The notes beneath the pieces are model-generated. The model had not been told where the DNA came from. It worked only from the letters and a program-made list of their open reading frames with translations, and made no database searches. Made by a program: the position numbers and the translations under genes. Positions 49,365-58,331 of a stretch of DNA of 64,000 nucleotides are shown piece by piece. How positions within the stretch are numbered: position 1 is the stretch's first letter; each line of letters opens with the position of its first letter. Origin of the DNA: Clostridia bacterium (lineage in GTDB: Bacteria; Bacillota; Clostridia; Oscillospirales; CAG-272); NCBI GenBank assembly GCA_017536475.1, contig JAFXHH010000007.1, forward strand, positions 55,609 to 119,608, given 5' to 3'.

Positions 49365-49483
49365 CTCCACAAATAATAATCGGTGAATTTTGCCATCGGC
49401 AAAATTCGTGTGTGAAGCAGTTGAATTGCCTATAAATGCAAAGTGCCTTTCACGCTGAACTCCACTACGCCGCTTGTGCGGTA
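49365..49483 (-). repeat. Element E copy between degV and yloV (one unit lacking hairpin 3, plus hairpin 3 of a second unit)
   Basis: It aligns to the 55336-55566 unit across ...CACGCTGA / GTGAAGCAG / GAATTTTGCC-N3-GGCAAAATTC / TAATCG.TG. Its end supplies GGAG 7 nt upstream of the yloV ATG. Confidence 0.8.
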
Positions 49484-49518
49484 TCTCAAATATTTTTTGA
49501 CTTCGGTAGTATACCGTA

Positions 49519-50382
49519 TTATCTTTCTCTTCCGATGAAGAACAGCGCAAGAGTGCCGGGACCCGAATGAGCTCCGATAACGGGACCTACGTAGTCGATA
49601 AGTATATCGGTGATGCCGAATTCAGCGGTGACCATATCGGCAAGCTTCTTTGCATCGTCATAGCAGTCGCCGTGGCAGATATATACGGTCTGCCTTTCGG
49701 GATCAATCACGGTCTGCTTCATTCTTTCAACGAGAGCCTTGATAGATGCGTCTCTGCCCCTCGCCTTTGCCATATTGATAAGCTTTCCGTCGTTATCAAC
49801 GTGCATTACGGGCTTGATCTGAAGGACAGTTCCCATAACTGCGGTCGCAGCGGATACGCGTCCGCCGCGCTTGAGGAAGAAAAGATCCTCGACCGTGAAC
49901 CAGTGTGCAAGGTTGAGCTTAAGTCCCTCGACGTACGCCGCAAGCTCCTCGAGAGTTGCTCCCATGTTTTTCTTATCCACCGCATATTTTACAAGCAGAC
50001 CCTGACCGAGTGCCGCGCAGAGCGAGTCGACCGTGAGGATCTTACATTCGGGGTGCTTTTCCATTACCTCCTCGGCTGCGTTCTTTCCTGCAACGTAGGT
50101 CGCGGAAAGTCCCGTGGAAAATCCTATATAAAGGATATCCTTGCCCTCGGATACTATTTTCTCAAATGCATTTACGAAGCCCTCCATATTTGCCGCAGCA
50201 GTCTTTACGGGGCGCTTGTCTCGAAGGTATCCGTAAAATTTTGCGGGCTCGATCTCGTGGTTAAGGAAGGTTCCAATACCCTCGATGTTTACTTCAAGCG
50301 AGAGCATTTCTATTCCCCATTCCTTTACCAAGGAAGTGGGAAGATCGCAGGACGAGTCTGTAAAAATTACGTAATCTCTCAT
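49519..50382 (-). CDS. DegV-family fatty-acid-binding protein
   Basis: 287 aa with N-terminal IFTDSSCDLP typical of DegV. Confidence 0.9.
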   Translation of the reverse strand: MRDYVIFTDSSCDLPTSLVKEWGIEMLSLEVNIEGIGTFLNHEIEPAKFYGYLRDKRPVKTAAANMEGFVNAFEKIVSEGKDILYIGFSTGLSATYVAGKNAAEEVMEKHPECKILTVDSLCAALGQGLLVKYAVDKKNMGATLEELAAYVEGLKLNLAHWFTVEDLFFLKRGGRVSAATAVMGTVLQIKPVMHVDNDGKLINMAKARGRDASIKALVERMKQTVIDPERQTVYICHGDCYDDAKKLADMVTAEFGITDILIDYVGPVIGAHSGPGTLALFFIGRER

Positions 50383-50473
50383 AAAATCTCCATTTCTTTT
50401 TGCGACGCATTACGTCGTTTGCCTCGCATATCTTATACATTATTTATACTATAATGTCAGCACATACAAATTA

Positions 50474-50502
50474 ATTATACTATAATTTGCTTAACTTGTC
50501 AA
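50474..50502 (-). promoter_or_regulatory. Sigma-A-type promoter of degV-yloV (TTGACA-17-TATAAT)
   Basis: Perfect consensus hexamers on the minus strand. Confidence 0.6.
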
Positions 50503-50619
50503 TGCTTTCCCGCCAAAATTTCCACGTCCCGACAGGACAAATTCAACAAAGATTATTTCCGACAATCAGTTAATTTACACATATTTTATTGACAATGAAC
50601 AAACAAGGGGCTTTTTTTG

Positions 50620-50648
50620 TTGACAAATACTCGGCACTATGATAAAAT
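50620..50648 (+). promoter_or_regulatory. Sigma-A-type promoter of topB (TTGACA-17-TAAAAT, TG-extended)
   Basis: Hexamers and spacing read directly. Confidence 0.55.
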
Positions 50649-50684
50649 GATAGTATCAGAAAAATATCTTCGGACGGATAGATC

Positions 50685-52847
50685 ATGACGTTAATAATTG
50701 CTGAAAAGCCGAGCCTTGCGCGAAATATCGTTGCGGGTATCGTCGAAAACGGCGGCGCGGCTTTATCAAAGAAAAACGGATATTTTGAGGGTGGCGACTA
50801 CGTAGTTACGTGGGCGTTCGGTCACCTTTTTTCTTTGTGCGATATTGAGGATTACACGGGCGGAGACGCAAGCGCGAGATGGACGCTTGACAATCTTCCC
50901 TGCTTCCCCTCGGAATTCAAATACAAGCTTCGCGCAGGGGCAGACAAAAAGGTCGATGCCGGGGTTGAGCGACAGTTTGAAACGATAAAATATCTTTGTC
51001 TGAGACCCGACGTTACCTGTATAGTAAACGCGGGAGACTCGGACCGCGAGGGTGAGATAATCATTCGTCTTTGTGTGATGAATACCGGCGCTCTTGCCGA
51101 TCCGAGCAAGAAATTTATGCGGCTCTGGCTGCCCGATCAGACTCCCGAGACGGTCGGAAAAGCACTTATCGAGATGAAGGGCGAGGATGAGTATCAGAAT
51201 CTCGCCGACGAGGGCTTTGCGAGGACGTATATCGATTGGCTTTACGGTGTTAATCTTACCCGATTTGCAACGCTTAAATGCGGCACGCTTTTGCGCGTTG
51301 GCCGAGTTATAGTACCTATCGTTCGCGCGATATACGACAGAGATATGGCGATACGCAACTTCGTTCCCGATATCTATCTCGCCGCAGTCTCCAAGGAGGC
51401 GACGAAGGGCGAGGAGATCGAGCTCGTCAGCAAAGAGAAATTCGACAAGGACAAGCGTGCCCGGGCTGAAGCGCTCTGTGCCAAATACAACGCGAGCAAG
51501 GCTATCGTAATATCCAAAAAGACGAAAAAGGAGACAGTCAACCCAGGAAAGCTCTTTTCACTATCAAAGCTTCAAAATCTTCTTGGCAAAAAGTACAAAA
51601 TGTCGATGGCGGAGAGCCTTGCGATAGTTCAGAAGCTTTACGAGGAGGGATATCTCACCTATCCCCGTACAAACTCGGAATATCTTGCTACAAATGAAAA
51701 GGACAAGATCAAAAAGATCATTTCAAACATCAAGCACTTGGGCTATCCCGTCGTTTTCAAGGACAAAAAGACGATCTTCGACGACTCGAAGATCGAAAGC
51801 CACTCGGCGCTGACTCCGACCTACAAGATACCCAAAAAAGAGCATCTTTCCGAAAAGGAGATGCAGGTATATCAGACGGTTTTCCGCCGATTCGTTTCGG
51901 TATTCTGCGAAGAAGAATGTCTTGCTCAAAAGACCGAGATCGTCATTGACGTTGGCGGATACGAGCAATTTACTCTCAAGGGAATGATGATAATCCAACG
52001 CGGATTTTTGCGATTCGACGACAGCGAGAGAAAGGATAAGATCCTGCCGCCGCTTGAAAAGGGTGACGAGGTGAATATCAACTTCCATCCCGTCGAAAAG
52101 CAGACCTCCCCTCCCCGTCACTACACCATAGAAACGCTCAACAACTATCTGAAAAATCCCTTCCGTGAAGACAAGGCGGCGCTTGCCGAAAAGGAAAAAG
52201 CCGCCGCGGAATCGGGCGAGGAGCTTTCCTCCGAGGTCGAAAACGACGAGGAGGATTACAGAGCGATATTCGAGGGTCTTGAGCTTGGCACCGAGGCGAC
52301 GCGCACGGGTATTATCGACAACGCGCGCAAGTCGGGATACATTGAGCTCAAAAAGGACGTTTACACGATCCTGCCCGGCGGCGAATATCTCATCGAGCAG
52401 CTCTCGCAGATGAACATTTCGATGGACAAATACAAGACCAGCGTGCTTGGTCAGGCACTCAAAAAGGTCTATCGCGGTACGATGACCGTCGACGAGAGCG
52501 TCAAGCAGGCGTGCGACGAGATCTCCGCGGTCTTTGACCGCCGCGAAGCCCCGATCGAGCTTGACACCGACACGGGATTCTACGGCGATCTCGTAGGCAA
52601 ATGCCCCGTGTGTCAAAGGGACGTTGTCCGCGGAAGATACGGTTACGGCTGTATGGGATACAAGGAAGGATGCAAATTCCGATTTGGCAGCTTTATTTGC
52701 AAGCGCCCGATCTCGATCAGCAACGCACGCAAGCTGCTTGCCGAGGGAAAGACCTCTGAAATACAAGGATTTACCTCCAAAAACGGCAAGCTTTTCAACG
52801 CAAGACTCAAGATTGAGGGCGACAAGGTCGTGTTTGATTTTAAATGA
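50685..52847 (+). CDS. topB: DNA topoisomerase III (type IA)
   Basis: Toprim motifs IIAEKPS and DSDREGE, the active-site Tyr context GYLTYPRTNSEYL, and a C-terminal Cys-rich zinc ribbon. Confidence 0.92.
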   Translation: MTLIIAEKPSLARNIVAGIVENGGAALSKKNGYFEGGDYVVTWAFGHLFSLCDIEDYTGGDASARWTLDNLPCFPSEFKYKLRAGADKKVDAGVERQFETIKYLCLRPDVTCIVNAGDSDREGEIIIRLCVMNTGALADPSKKFMRLWLPDQTPETVGKALIEMKGEDEYQNLADEGFARTYIDWLYGVNLTRFATLKCGTLLRVGRVIVPIVRAIYDRDMAIRNFVPDIYLAAVSKEATKGEEIELVSKEKFDKDKRARAEALCAKYNASKAIVISKKTKKETVNPGKLFSLSKLQNLLGKKYKMSMAESLAIVQKLYEEGYLTYPRTNSEYLATNEKDKIKKIISNIKHLGYPVVFKDKKTIFDDSKIESHSALTPTYKIPKKEHLSEKEMQVYQTVFRRFVSVFCEEECLAQKTEIVIDVGGYEQFTLKGMMIIQRGFLRFDDSERKDKILPPLEKGDEVNINFHPVEKQTSPPRHYTIETLNNYLKNPFREDKAALAEKEKAAAESGEELSSEVENDEEDYRAIFEGLELGTEATRTGIIDNARKSGYIELKKDVYTILPGGEYLIEQLSQMNISMDKYKTSVLGQALKKVYRGTMTVDESVKQACDEISAVFDRREAPIELDTDTGFYGDLVGKCPVCQRDVVRGRYGYGCMGYKEGCKFRFGSFICKRPISISNARKLLAEGKTSEIQGFTSKNGKLFNARLKIEGDKVVFDFK

Positions 52848-52957
52848 TCATACGGTTCTCGGTTTCAAATAATTATGCCGATCGGCTCTTGACATACCAG
52901 CCATTTCATATTATAATGAGTTCAGAGAAACCAAAAAATACAAGCGGAGGAACTTTT

Positions 52958-54427
52958 ATGAAACTTAAGCTTAAAACATTGGCTCTTATATTAGCGATCC
53001 TTTCTGTTTTTTCTGTCTTTGCCGCGTGCGACGCGTCAAATTCGACCGACGAAACAACTGCTTCGGGCGGAGGCGGAAACGGTGCCTCGGACGATACCTC
53101 GGAGCAGGTCACCGAGGCGGCTCCCGACGTTCCCGACATTGAAAAGAAAAATTACGACGACATATTTTATCTTTATCTTGAGGGCGCTTGCAATCCTATC
53201 GGTAACTATTGGGTAGAGGAAAGCGGAAACGACGTTTTGTCGGCGGCATTGTTTGCCCGTCAGGAAGATATCCGCAATTATCTCGGAGTCGAGCTCTACG
53301 CTTGGTACAACACCGAAGCGGATTATTCCGAGGCGTTCAAGAACTCCGTCAAGACCAAATCGGGCGCTATAGACCTTATGATGACCCACGTCAGCATCAA
53401 CGTCGCAGGCCTTGTTTCCGACGGATTCCTGTATCAATTCAACGATATGCCCGGTATAGACCTCGACGCTGATTATTGGAATCAGGAATTTATGGATTCG
53501 CTGGCGATCAACGATATGTATTTTCTTGGATTCAACGACTTTAACATTCTCGACACTCACGTGATCTCGTTCAACAAAACTATTCTCGAAAAGTACGACG
53601 ACGTGCTTGACAAGAGCCTTTACCAGATGGTCGACGACTACGAGTGGACGATCGATCAGATGATCGATCTTGCCAAGGTGGCGTATATAGACAACGGCAG
53701 CGTTGAGAAGAACCAATACGGCTTTACGGGACTTCAGTGGGTTCCGTGGTGCGGTTTCCTTGAGGGATGCGGTATCAATCTCGTTGAGCTGAACGATCAA
53801 GGCAACTACGCGGTCTCGTTCTACAACGATGAAAACAAGGACAAGACAATAGCTCTTGTCGGTAAGCTCAAGGATCTTGCCTCGTCTGATTACGCTTGCG
53901 TGGATTATTGGTCCTTTGAAATTACGGTCCCGTTCACGTCCAACCGAGCGCTTATGACGCTTTCGTCTACCAATCAGCTTACCGAATATCTCAATTACGA
54001 TATCGATTTCGGCGTAGTTCCCTATCCTTTATACGACACAAATCAGACCGAGTACCATTCATTGCAGTGGGGCGGATATCTTGCTATCCCCGCATACCTT
54101 GAAAACGCGGAGATGGTTGGAGAGACGATCGAAATGCTCGCATATTACAGCGACGGCGTAAAGGTCGCCTTCTACCAGAAGCTTCTCGGCAAGCAGGTCG
54201 CCGACAATCCCGACGACAGACGTATGCTTGAGGTGGTTTGGGACAGCGTTTGCACTGATTTCGGTCAGACCTTTGAAAACGCCGCGGGCGACATACTCTA
54301 CATGCTCCCCTACGTTACCAGCGAGACCAGCGGATACGAGCTCGCAGGATACTACGACAGTAAAGCAGGCGCCGCTAACAGATCCCTTGAAAATTTCGTA
54401 AAAAGAGTATTGAAGAAGAACAAATAA
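52958..54427 (+). CDS. Extracellular solute-binding lipoprotein (ABC-type, family 1-like), orphan
   Basis: Lipobox VFAAC followed by a Gly/Ser/Asp linker. ATG 52958 (GGAGG SD) is preferred over the 38-codon 5' extension of the track ORF. No permease or ATPase gene is adjacent. Confidence 0.7.
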   Translation: MKLKLKTLALILAILSVFSVFAACDASNSTDETTASGGGGNGASDDTSEQVTEAAPDVPDIEKKNYDDIFYLYLEGACNPIGNYWVEESGNDVLSAALFARQEDIRNYLGVELYAWYNTEADYSEAFKNSVKTKSGAIDLMMTHVSINVAGLVSDGFLYQFNDMPGIDLDADYWNQEFMDSLAINDMYFLGFNDFNILDTHVISFNKTILEKYDDVLDKSLYQMVDDYEWTIDQMIDLAKVAYIDNGSVEKNQYGFTGLQWVPWCGFLEGCGINLVELNDQGNYAVSFYNDENKDKTIALVGKLKDLASSDYACVDYWSFEITVPFTSNRALMTLSSTNQLTEYLNYDIDFGVVPYPLYDTNQTEYHSLQWGGYLAIPAYLENAEMVGETIEMLAYYSDGVKVAFYQKLLGKQVADNPDDRRMLEVVWDSVCTDFGQTFENAAGDILYMLPYVTSETSGYELAGYYDSKAGAANRSLENFVKRVLKKNK

Positions 54428-54432
54428 AGATC

Positions 54433-54478
54433 AAAAAGATCATCTCCCGTCCAAAGCAGGACGGGAGATGATCTTTTT
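54433..54478. terminator. Bidirectional terminator between the convergent SBP and DUF3737 genes
   Basis: A 16-bp stem AGATCATCTCCCGTCC...GGACGGGAGATGATCT flanked by A5 and T5. Confidence 0.8.
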
Positions 54479-54480
54479 CG

Positions 54481-55329
54481 TTATATTTTCACCGCGCACT
54501 CTATTTTGCAGGTGGATGATTTTTTATGCTTTTCGTCCCAGATGATCTCGCCGATGCTGTCTGCTCTGACAAAGCCGCTGACGGGATTCTTGACGCTGAC
54601 GATATCGCCGTTTACCGTCGCTCTGACCTCGCTGTTTTCAAACGAGAGGTCGCAGCCCTCGGTGGTGCAGTCCTCCAAGACAAGATTCTTGCAATAGCAG
54701 AGGGGCTGGGTGCCCTTGATATGACAACGGACGAGTCGCAAATTTTCGGAATACCAGCCGAGATATTCGCCTTCGATGACACTGTCGTAAACGGTGACGT
54801 CCTTAGCGTGCCAGAAGGCATCCTTGGTCTTGAGATTGGAATTTCTGATCTCGACGTTTTCGACGTACTGGAAGGAATACTTGCCAGAGAGGGTAAACTC
54901 GGAAAGCTGCATATTCTTGCACTCAAAAAATGGATATTGGGAGTTAACGGTGGTGTTTTTGACGGTAATATCCGAGCATCTCCAACCGAACTCCGCGCTA
55001 TCGACGTCGCACTCGGAAAGCGTGACGTTTTTGCACTCACGGAGCGCTTTTATGCCGTGGAGCGTGCTTTTTTCGATATTTACGCGATCGTCGTACCAAA
55101 GTGCAGCTCGGCAGGTCTCGGTCATGGTGATGTTGGATATTTCTGCGCCGTTTACGTGCCAAAAGGGGTAACGCAATTCAAACAGACAGCTCTCAACCTT
55201 GATGCGTCTGCACTCCTTTAGCGCACTTTCGCCGTCTGCTTCGCCTGCGAAGGTGCAATTTATGATCTCTGCATCCTCAACGCCGTACAGGGCGCGTTCT
55301 TCGTCGTAGTTTTGGTTTATGTATTTCAT
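54481..55329 (-). CDS. DUF3737-like beta-helix protein
   Basis: Repetitive beta-helix-like sequence with GESALKE and RYPFWH motifs. ATG 55329 (GGAG 6 nt upstream) is preferred over the TTG at 55362 inside the repeat. Confidence 0.7.
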   Translation of the reverse strand: MKYINQNYDEERALYGVEDAEIINCTFAGEADGESALKECRRIKVESCLFELRYPFWHVNGAEISNITMTETCRAALWYDDRVNIEKSTLHGIKALRECKNVTLSECDVDSAEFGWRCSDITVKNTTVNSQYPFFECKNMQLSEFTLSGKYSFQYVENVEIRNSNLKTKDAFWHAKDVTVYDSVIEGEYLGWYSENLRLVRCHIKGTQPLCYCKNLVLEDCTTEGCDLSFENSEVRATVNGDIVSVKNPVSGFVRADSIGEIIWDEKHKKSSTCKIECAVKI

Positions 55330-55335
55330 TTCGAA

Positions 55336-55566
55336 CTCCATCCGCCGTTTACGGCGGCACAAACAGTAATCGTTGAATTTTGCCGACGAGGCAAAATTCG
55401 TGCGTGAAGCAGTATAATTACCTATAAAAGTGACCTTACCTTCACGCTGATCTCCATCCGCCGTTTACGGCGGCACAAACAGTAATCGTTGAATTTTGCC
55501 GACGAGGCAAAATTCGTGCGTGAAGCAGTATAATTACCTATAAAAGTGACCTTACCTTCACGCTGA
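55336..55566 (-). repeat. Two perfect tandem copies (116-bp period) of a three-hairpin intergenic element (here called element E), ending in the SD of the DUF3737 gene
   Basis: Positions 55336-55451 and 55452-55566 match base for base apart from one junction base. Each unit contains hairpins GCGTGAAG...CTTCACGC, GAATTTTGCC-N5-GGCAAAATTC and CCGCCG-TAAA-CGGCGG (mRNA sense). Confidence 0.9.
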
Positions 55567-55589
55567 CTTCCTTGGTTTATAAAATCAGG

Positions 55590-55622
55590 TGAAAACAACT
55601 TATGGGCGAACAAGGTTCGCCC
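55590..55622 (-). terminator. Probable terminator after recR
   Basis: Stem GGGCGAAC-CTT-GTTCGCCC followed by AUAAGUUGUUUU. Confidence 0.5.
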
Positions 55623-55632
55623 GTTTAAGCTT

Positions 55633-56232
55633 TTAAAAATCTCGTCTTCCCTCGAGGGCACGGAACAGTGTTATTTCGTCCGCGTATTCAAGGTCGCTTC
55701 CCATCGGCACGCCGTACGCGAGCCTTGTGACCTTTATTCCAATCGGCTTGAGCAGTCGGGCAAGATACATTGCCGTGACCTCGCCTTCGACCGTTGGATT
55801 GGTCGCAACTATGACCTCCTCGATCTCTCCCTCGTTAAGTCTCGCGAGCAGCTCGCGTATCTTGAGCTTTTCGGGAGTGACGCCGTTGGTGGGCGAGATA
55901 ACTCCGTGGAGGACGTGATAAAGTCCCTTATATTCCCTTACCTTTTCCATAGATATGACGACCTTGGGGTCGGAGACTACGCAGACGGTTTTTCTGTCTC
56001 TTTGCAGGTCGGCACAGATCGGGCAGATCTCCTTGTCGGTTATATTCTGACAGATCGGGCAAAGGTGTATCTTCGCTTTCGCGTCAAGAATAGCTGCGGC
56101 GAATTCGCTTGCCTCCTCGTCGGTCATATCGAGCACCGAAAACGCCATTTTCATAGCGTTCTTTCTGCCCACGCCGTCAAGTCTGCCGAACTGCTCCGCA
56201 AGCTTCTGGAGCGACTCGATATATTCTGCCAT
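55633..56232 (-). CDS. recR: Recombination protein RecR
   Basis: Cys4 motif CPICQN...CPIC and a Toprim domain. Confidence 0.95.
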   Translation of the reverse strand: MAEYIESLQKLAEQFGRLDGVGRKNAMKMAFSVLDMTDEEASEFAAAILDAKAKIHLCPICQNITDKEICPICADLQRDRKTVCVVSDPKVVISMEKVREYKGLYHVLHGVISPTNGVTPEKLKIRELLARLNEGEIEEVIVATNPTVEGEVTAMYLARLLKPIGIKVTRLAYGVPMGSDLEYADEITLFRALEGRRDF

Positions 56233-56233
56233 A

Positions 56234-56581
56234 TCAGAACATTCCGGGCATATTCATACCCTTGGTGATCTTGTCCATTTCCTGCGCGTTGGTAGTCTCT
56301 ACTCTCTTGATCGCCTCGTTGACCGCCGCGGTGAGAATGTCGGACAGGGTCTCTACGTCGTCGGGATCGACGATCTCGGGCTGGATGTCGATAGAAAGGA
56401 TCTCCTTTTTACCGTTGATCTTTACGGCAACTACGCCGCCGCCTGCCTTGATCTCGTATTCGCGTGCGTCAAGGTCCTCCTGAAGCGCTGCCATATCCTC
56501 CTGCATCTTCTGTGCCTGACGAAGCATTGCCTGCATATTCTGGGCGCCGCCGCCCATTCCCTTCGGTATGTTTGCTCTCAT
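56234..56581 (-). CDS. ybaB: Nucleoid-associated protein YbaB/EbfC
   Basis: 115 aa resembling YbaB, located between dnaX and recR. Confidence 0.92.
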   Translation of the reverse strand: MRANIPKGMGGGAQNMQAMLRQAQKMQEDMAALQEDLDAREYEIKAGGGVVAVKINGKKEILSIDIQPEIVDPDDVETLSDILTAAVNEAIKRVETTNAQEMDKITKGMNMPGMF

Positions 56582-56608
56582 TTTTATGTCTCCTTTAATC
56601 GTTTTTAT

Positions 56609-58294
56609 TTATTCTTCTGCCGCTTCGAGAATCTTATCTATGACGCTGTCGGTCTTCTTCTCGGTATCGCATTCGCATACAAGATCTGCCTTTGTCAAGG
56701 CTCTGCCGAGGACCGACGAGGCAATCTTCAGGAAAAACGCCTCTCCGTCGAAAAAGGTCATATTGCTAAGGTCGAATTGGTTTTCAAATTTCAGAACTAT
56801 TTTGCCGCCCTCGTCGGTATACCATTTAGCGCGCTTGAAGAACGACGCTTGCATAGCGCTTGCCGCTTCCATTTTTTCGAGCACCTCGGCGCGATTTCTG
56901 AACGGCTTCAAGGTTCGTACGCTGCCCGTGGGTTCGGGCACTTGACGTGGCGTGCTTCTTCTCGCGGTCGGTGTTGTCGGGGCTACCTCTTTTTTAGGTG
57001 CAGATACCGTCATTCCCGGTGCGTCGCCGCGGAACATATCGTCATCGTCGTCCGAGGGTACGGGGGCTTGGGCTCTGCGCGGCTTTTTAGGCGCTTGCTC
57101 GGCTTCTGTTTGAGCTTGGGGCGCTGTCGTCTGTGCGGTAAAATTGCCCGTGGCTATATTCGATTCTATATTTGATATTCTTGCAAGCATCGCTTCGGGG
57201 GAGCTTGACAGTCTCTCGTCGCACATTCTCACGAGCGTGAGCTCGGCGGTGATCCTACGCACCGCGTTTGCCTTTTGCATCGCAAGCAGGGCGTCCTGAA
57301 GCATACCGCAATGATACGACAGTCTTTCGGTCGTAAATAGTGCGGCGAGGCTCGTGAGCGCTTGCGTTTCACTATCGGTCAGGTCAAGATAGCGCGTGGC
57401 GTTGCTTGACGTTTTAACGACGAGCAGGTCGCGATATACCGAAATGAGATCCTGCCAGAAAACCGTTATATCTCTTGACGATCTTACCGTTTCGTCGACT
57501 GCGGCGAAGATCGTTTCGTAGTCCTTTTGCGCGATCGCCTTGACGACGGCGAGCATATTTTCTCTGCCGATCTTACCTACCGTGAGGTTTACGAGCTCCT
57601 CGTCGATCCTCTCGCGGCTTCCCGCACAAAGATCGAGCAGGCTGATCGCATCTCGCATTCCTCCCTGCGCCTGCTTTGCAAGCAATATGGCGGCGGAGTC
57701 CTCGAGCTCGATGCCCTCTGCCTTGGCTATGCGAAGGAGGTGATTTCCCAGCACCTCGGTGGTGATACGGCGGAAATCGAAGCGCTGGCAACGCGAAATG
57801 ATGGTTGCGGGCAGCTTATGGAGCTCGGTGGTCGCAAGAATGAACACGACGTGCTCGGGAGGCTCTTCAAGCGTTTTCAACAGAGCGTTGAACGCGCTTG
57901 TCGAAAGCATATGTACCTCGTCGATGATATAAACTCTGTATTTGAGATTCGAGGGCGAATATACGACCTCGTCGCGAATGTCACGAATATTGTCGACGCC
58001 GTTGTTCGATGCGGCGTCCATTTCGAGCACGTCGGTCGCCGCGCCCGAGTCGATAGCCAGACAAGCCTCGCACTTACCGCAAGGATTGCCGTCCTTTGAG
58101 TCAAGGCAGTTGACCGCTTTGGCGAGTATTTTCGCGCAGGACGTTTTTCCCGTTCCGCGCGAGCCGCAGAAAAGATATGCGTGCGAGAATTTATTGTTGG
58201 CGACCTCGTATTTCAGTATGGAGGTTATATGCTCCTGTCCCTGAACCTCGTCAAAGCTGCGGGGACGCCATTTTCTATACAGTGCCTGATGCAT
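56609..58294 (-). CDS. dnaX: DNA polymerase III subunit gamma/tau
   Basis: Walker A GSRGTGKTS and IIDEVHML. ATG 58294 (AAAGGAGG SD) is preferred; the longer track ORF (to 58474) would read through the SRP RNA gene. Confidence 0.94.
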   Translation of the reverse strand: MHQALYRKWRPRSFDEVQGQEHITSILKYEVANNKFSHAYLFCGSRGTGKTSCAKILAKAVNCLDSKDGNPCGKCEACLAIDSGAATDVLEMDAASNNGVDNIRDIRDEVVYSPSNLKYRVYIIDEVHMLSTSAFNALLKTLEEPPEHVVFILATTELHKLPATIISRCQRFDFRRITTEVLGNHLLRIAKAEGIELEDSAAILLAKQAQGGMRDAISLLDLCAGSRERIDEELVNLTVGKIGRENMLAVVKAIAQKDYETIFAAVDETVRSSRDITVFWQDLISVYRDLLVVKTSSNATRYLDLTDSETQALTSLAALFTTERLSYHCGMLQDALLAMQKANAVRRITAELTLVRMCDERLSSSPEAMLARISNIESNIATGNFTAQTTAPQAQTEAEQAPKKPRRAQAPVPSDDDDDMFRGDAPGMTVSAPKKEVAPTTPTARRSTPRQVPEPTGSVRTLKPFRNRAEVLEKMEAASAMQASFFKRAKWYTDEGGKIVLKFENQFDLSNMTFFDGEAFFLKIASSVLGRALTKADLVCECDTEKKTDSVIDKILEAAEE

Positions 58295-58331
58295 ATTTAC
58301 CTCCTTTGAATGATTTTTTTGTGATAATAAA

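Noticed and set aside
55336-55566. Tandem 116-bp repeats as a possible CRISPR array
   Set aside because: There are only two units, directly abutting with no spacers. The unit is far longer than a CRISPR repeat and no cas genes are in the window.
55336-55566. Element E as a mobile outward-facing promoter
   Set aside because: The 5' arm of hairpin 2 gives a conserved TTGCC(T/G) with 17-nt spacing to GATTAC, TTATTA or TCATAT. These -10 candidates are poor and not conserved. The idea is kept only as an alternative that 5'-RACE would settle.
56989-56997. A-runs in dnaX (CCT AAA AAA GAG at 56989-56997; CCT AAA AAG near 57083-57090) as a programmed -1 frameshift site like E. coli dnaX
   Set aside because: The heptamers are not in the X XXY YYZ register relative to the reading frame. 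No downstream stem-loop or nearby -1 frame stop is evident.
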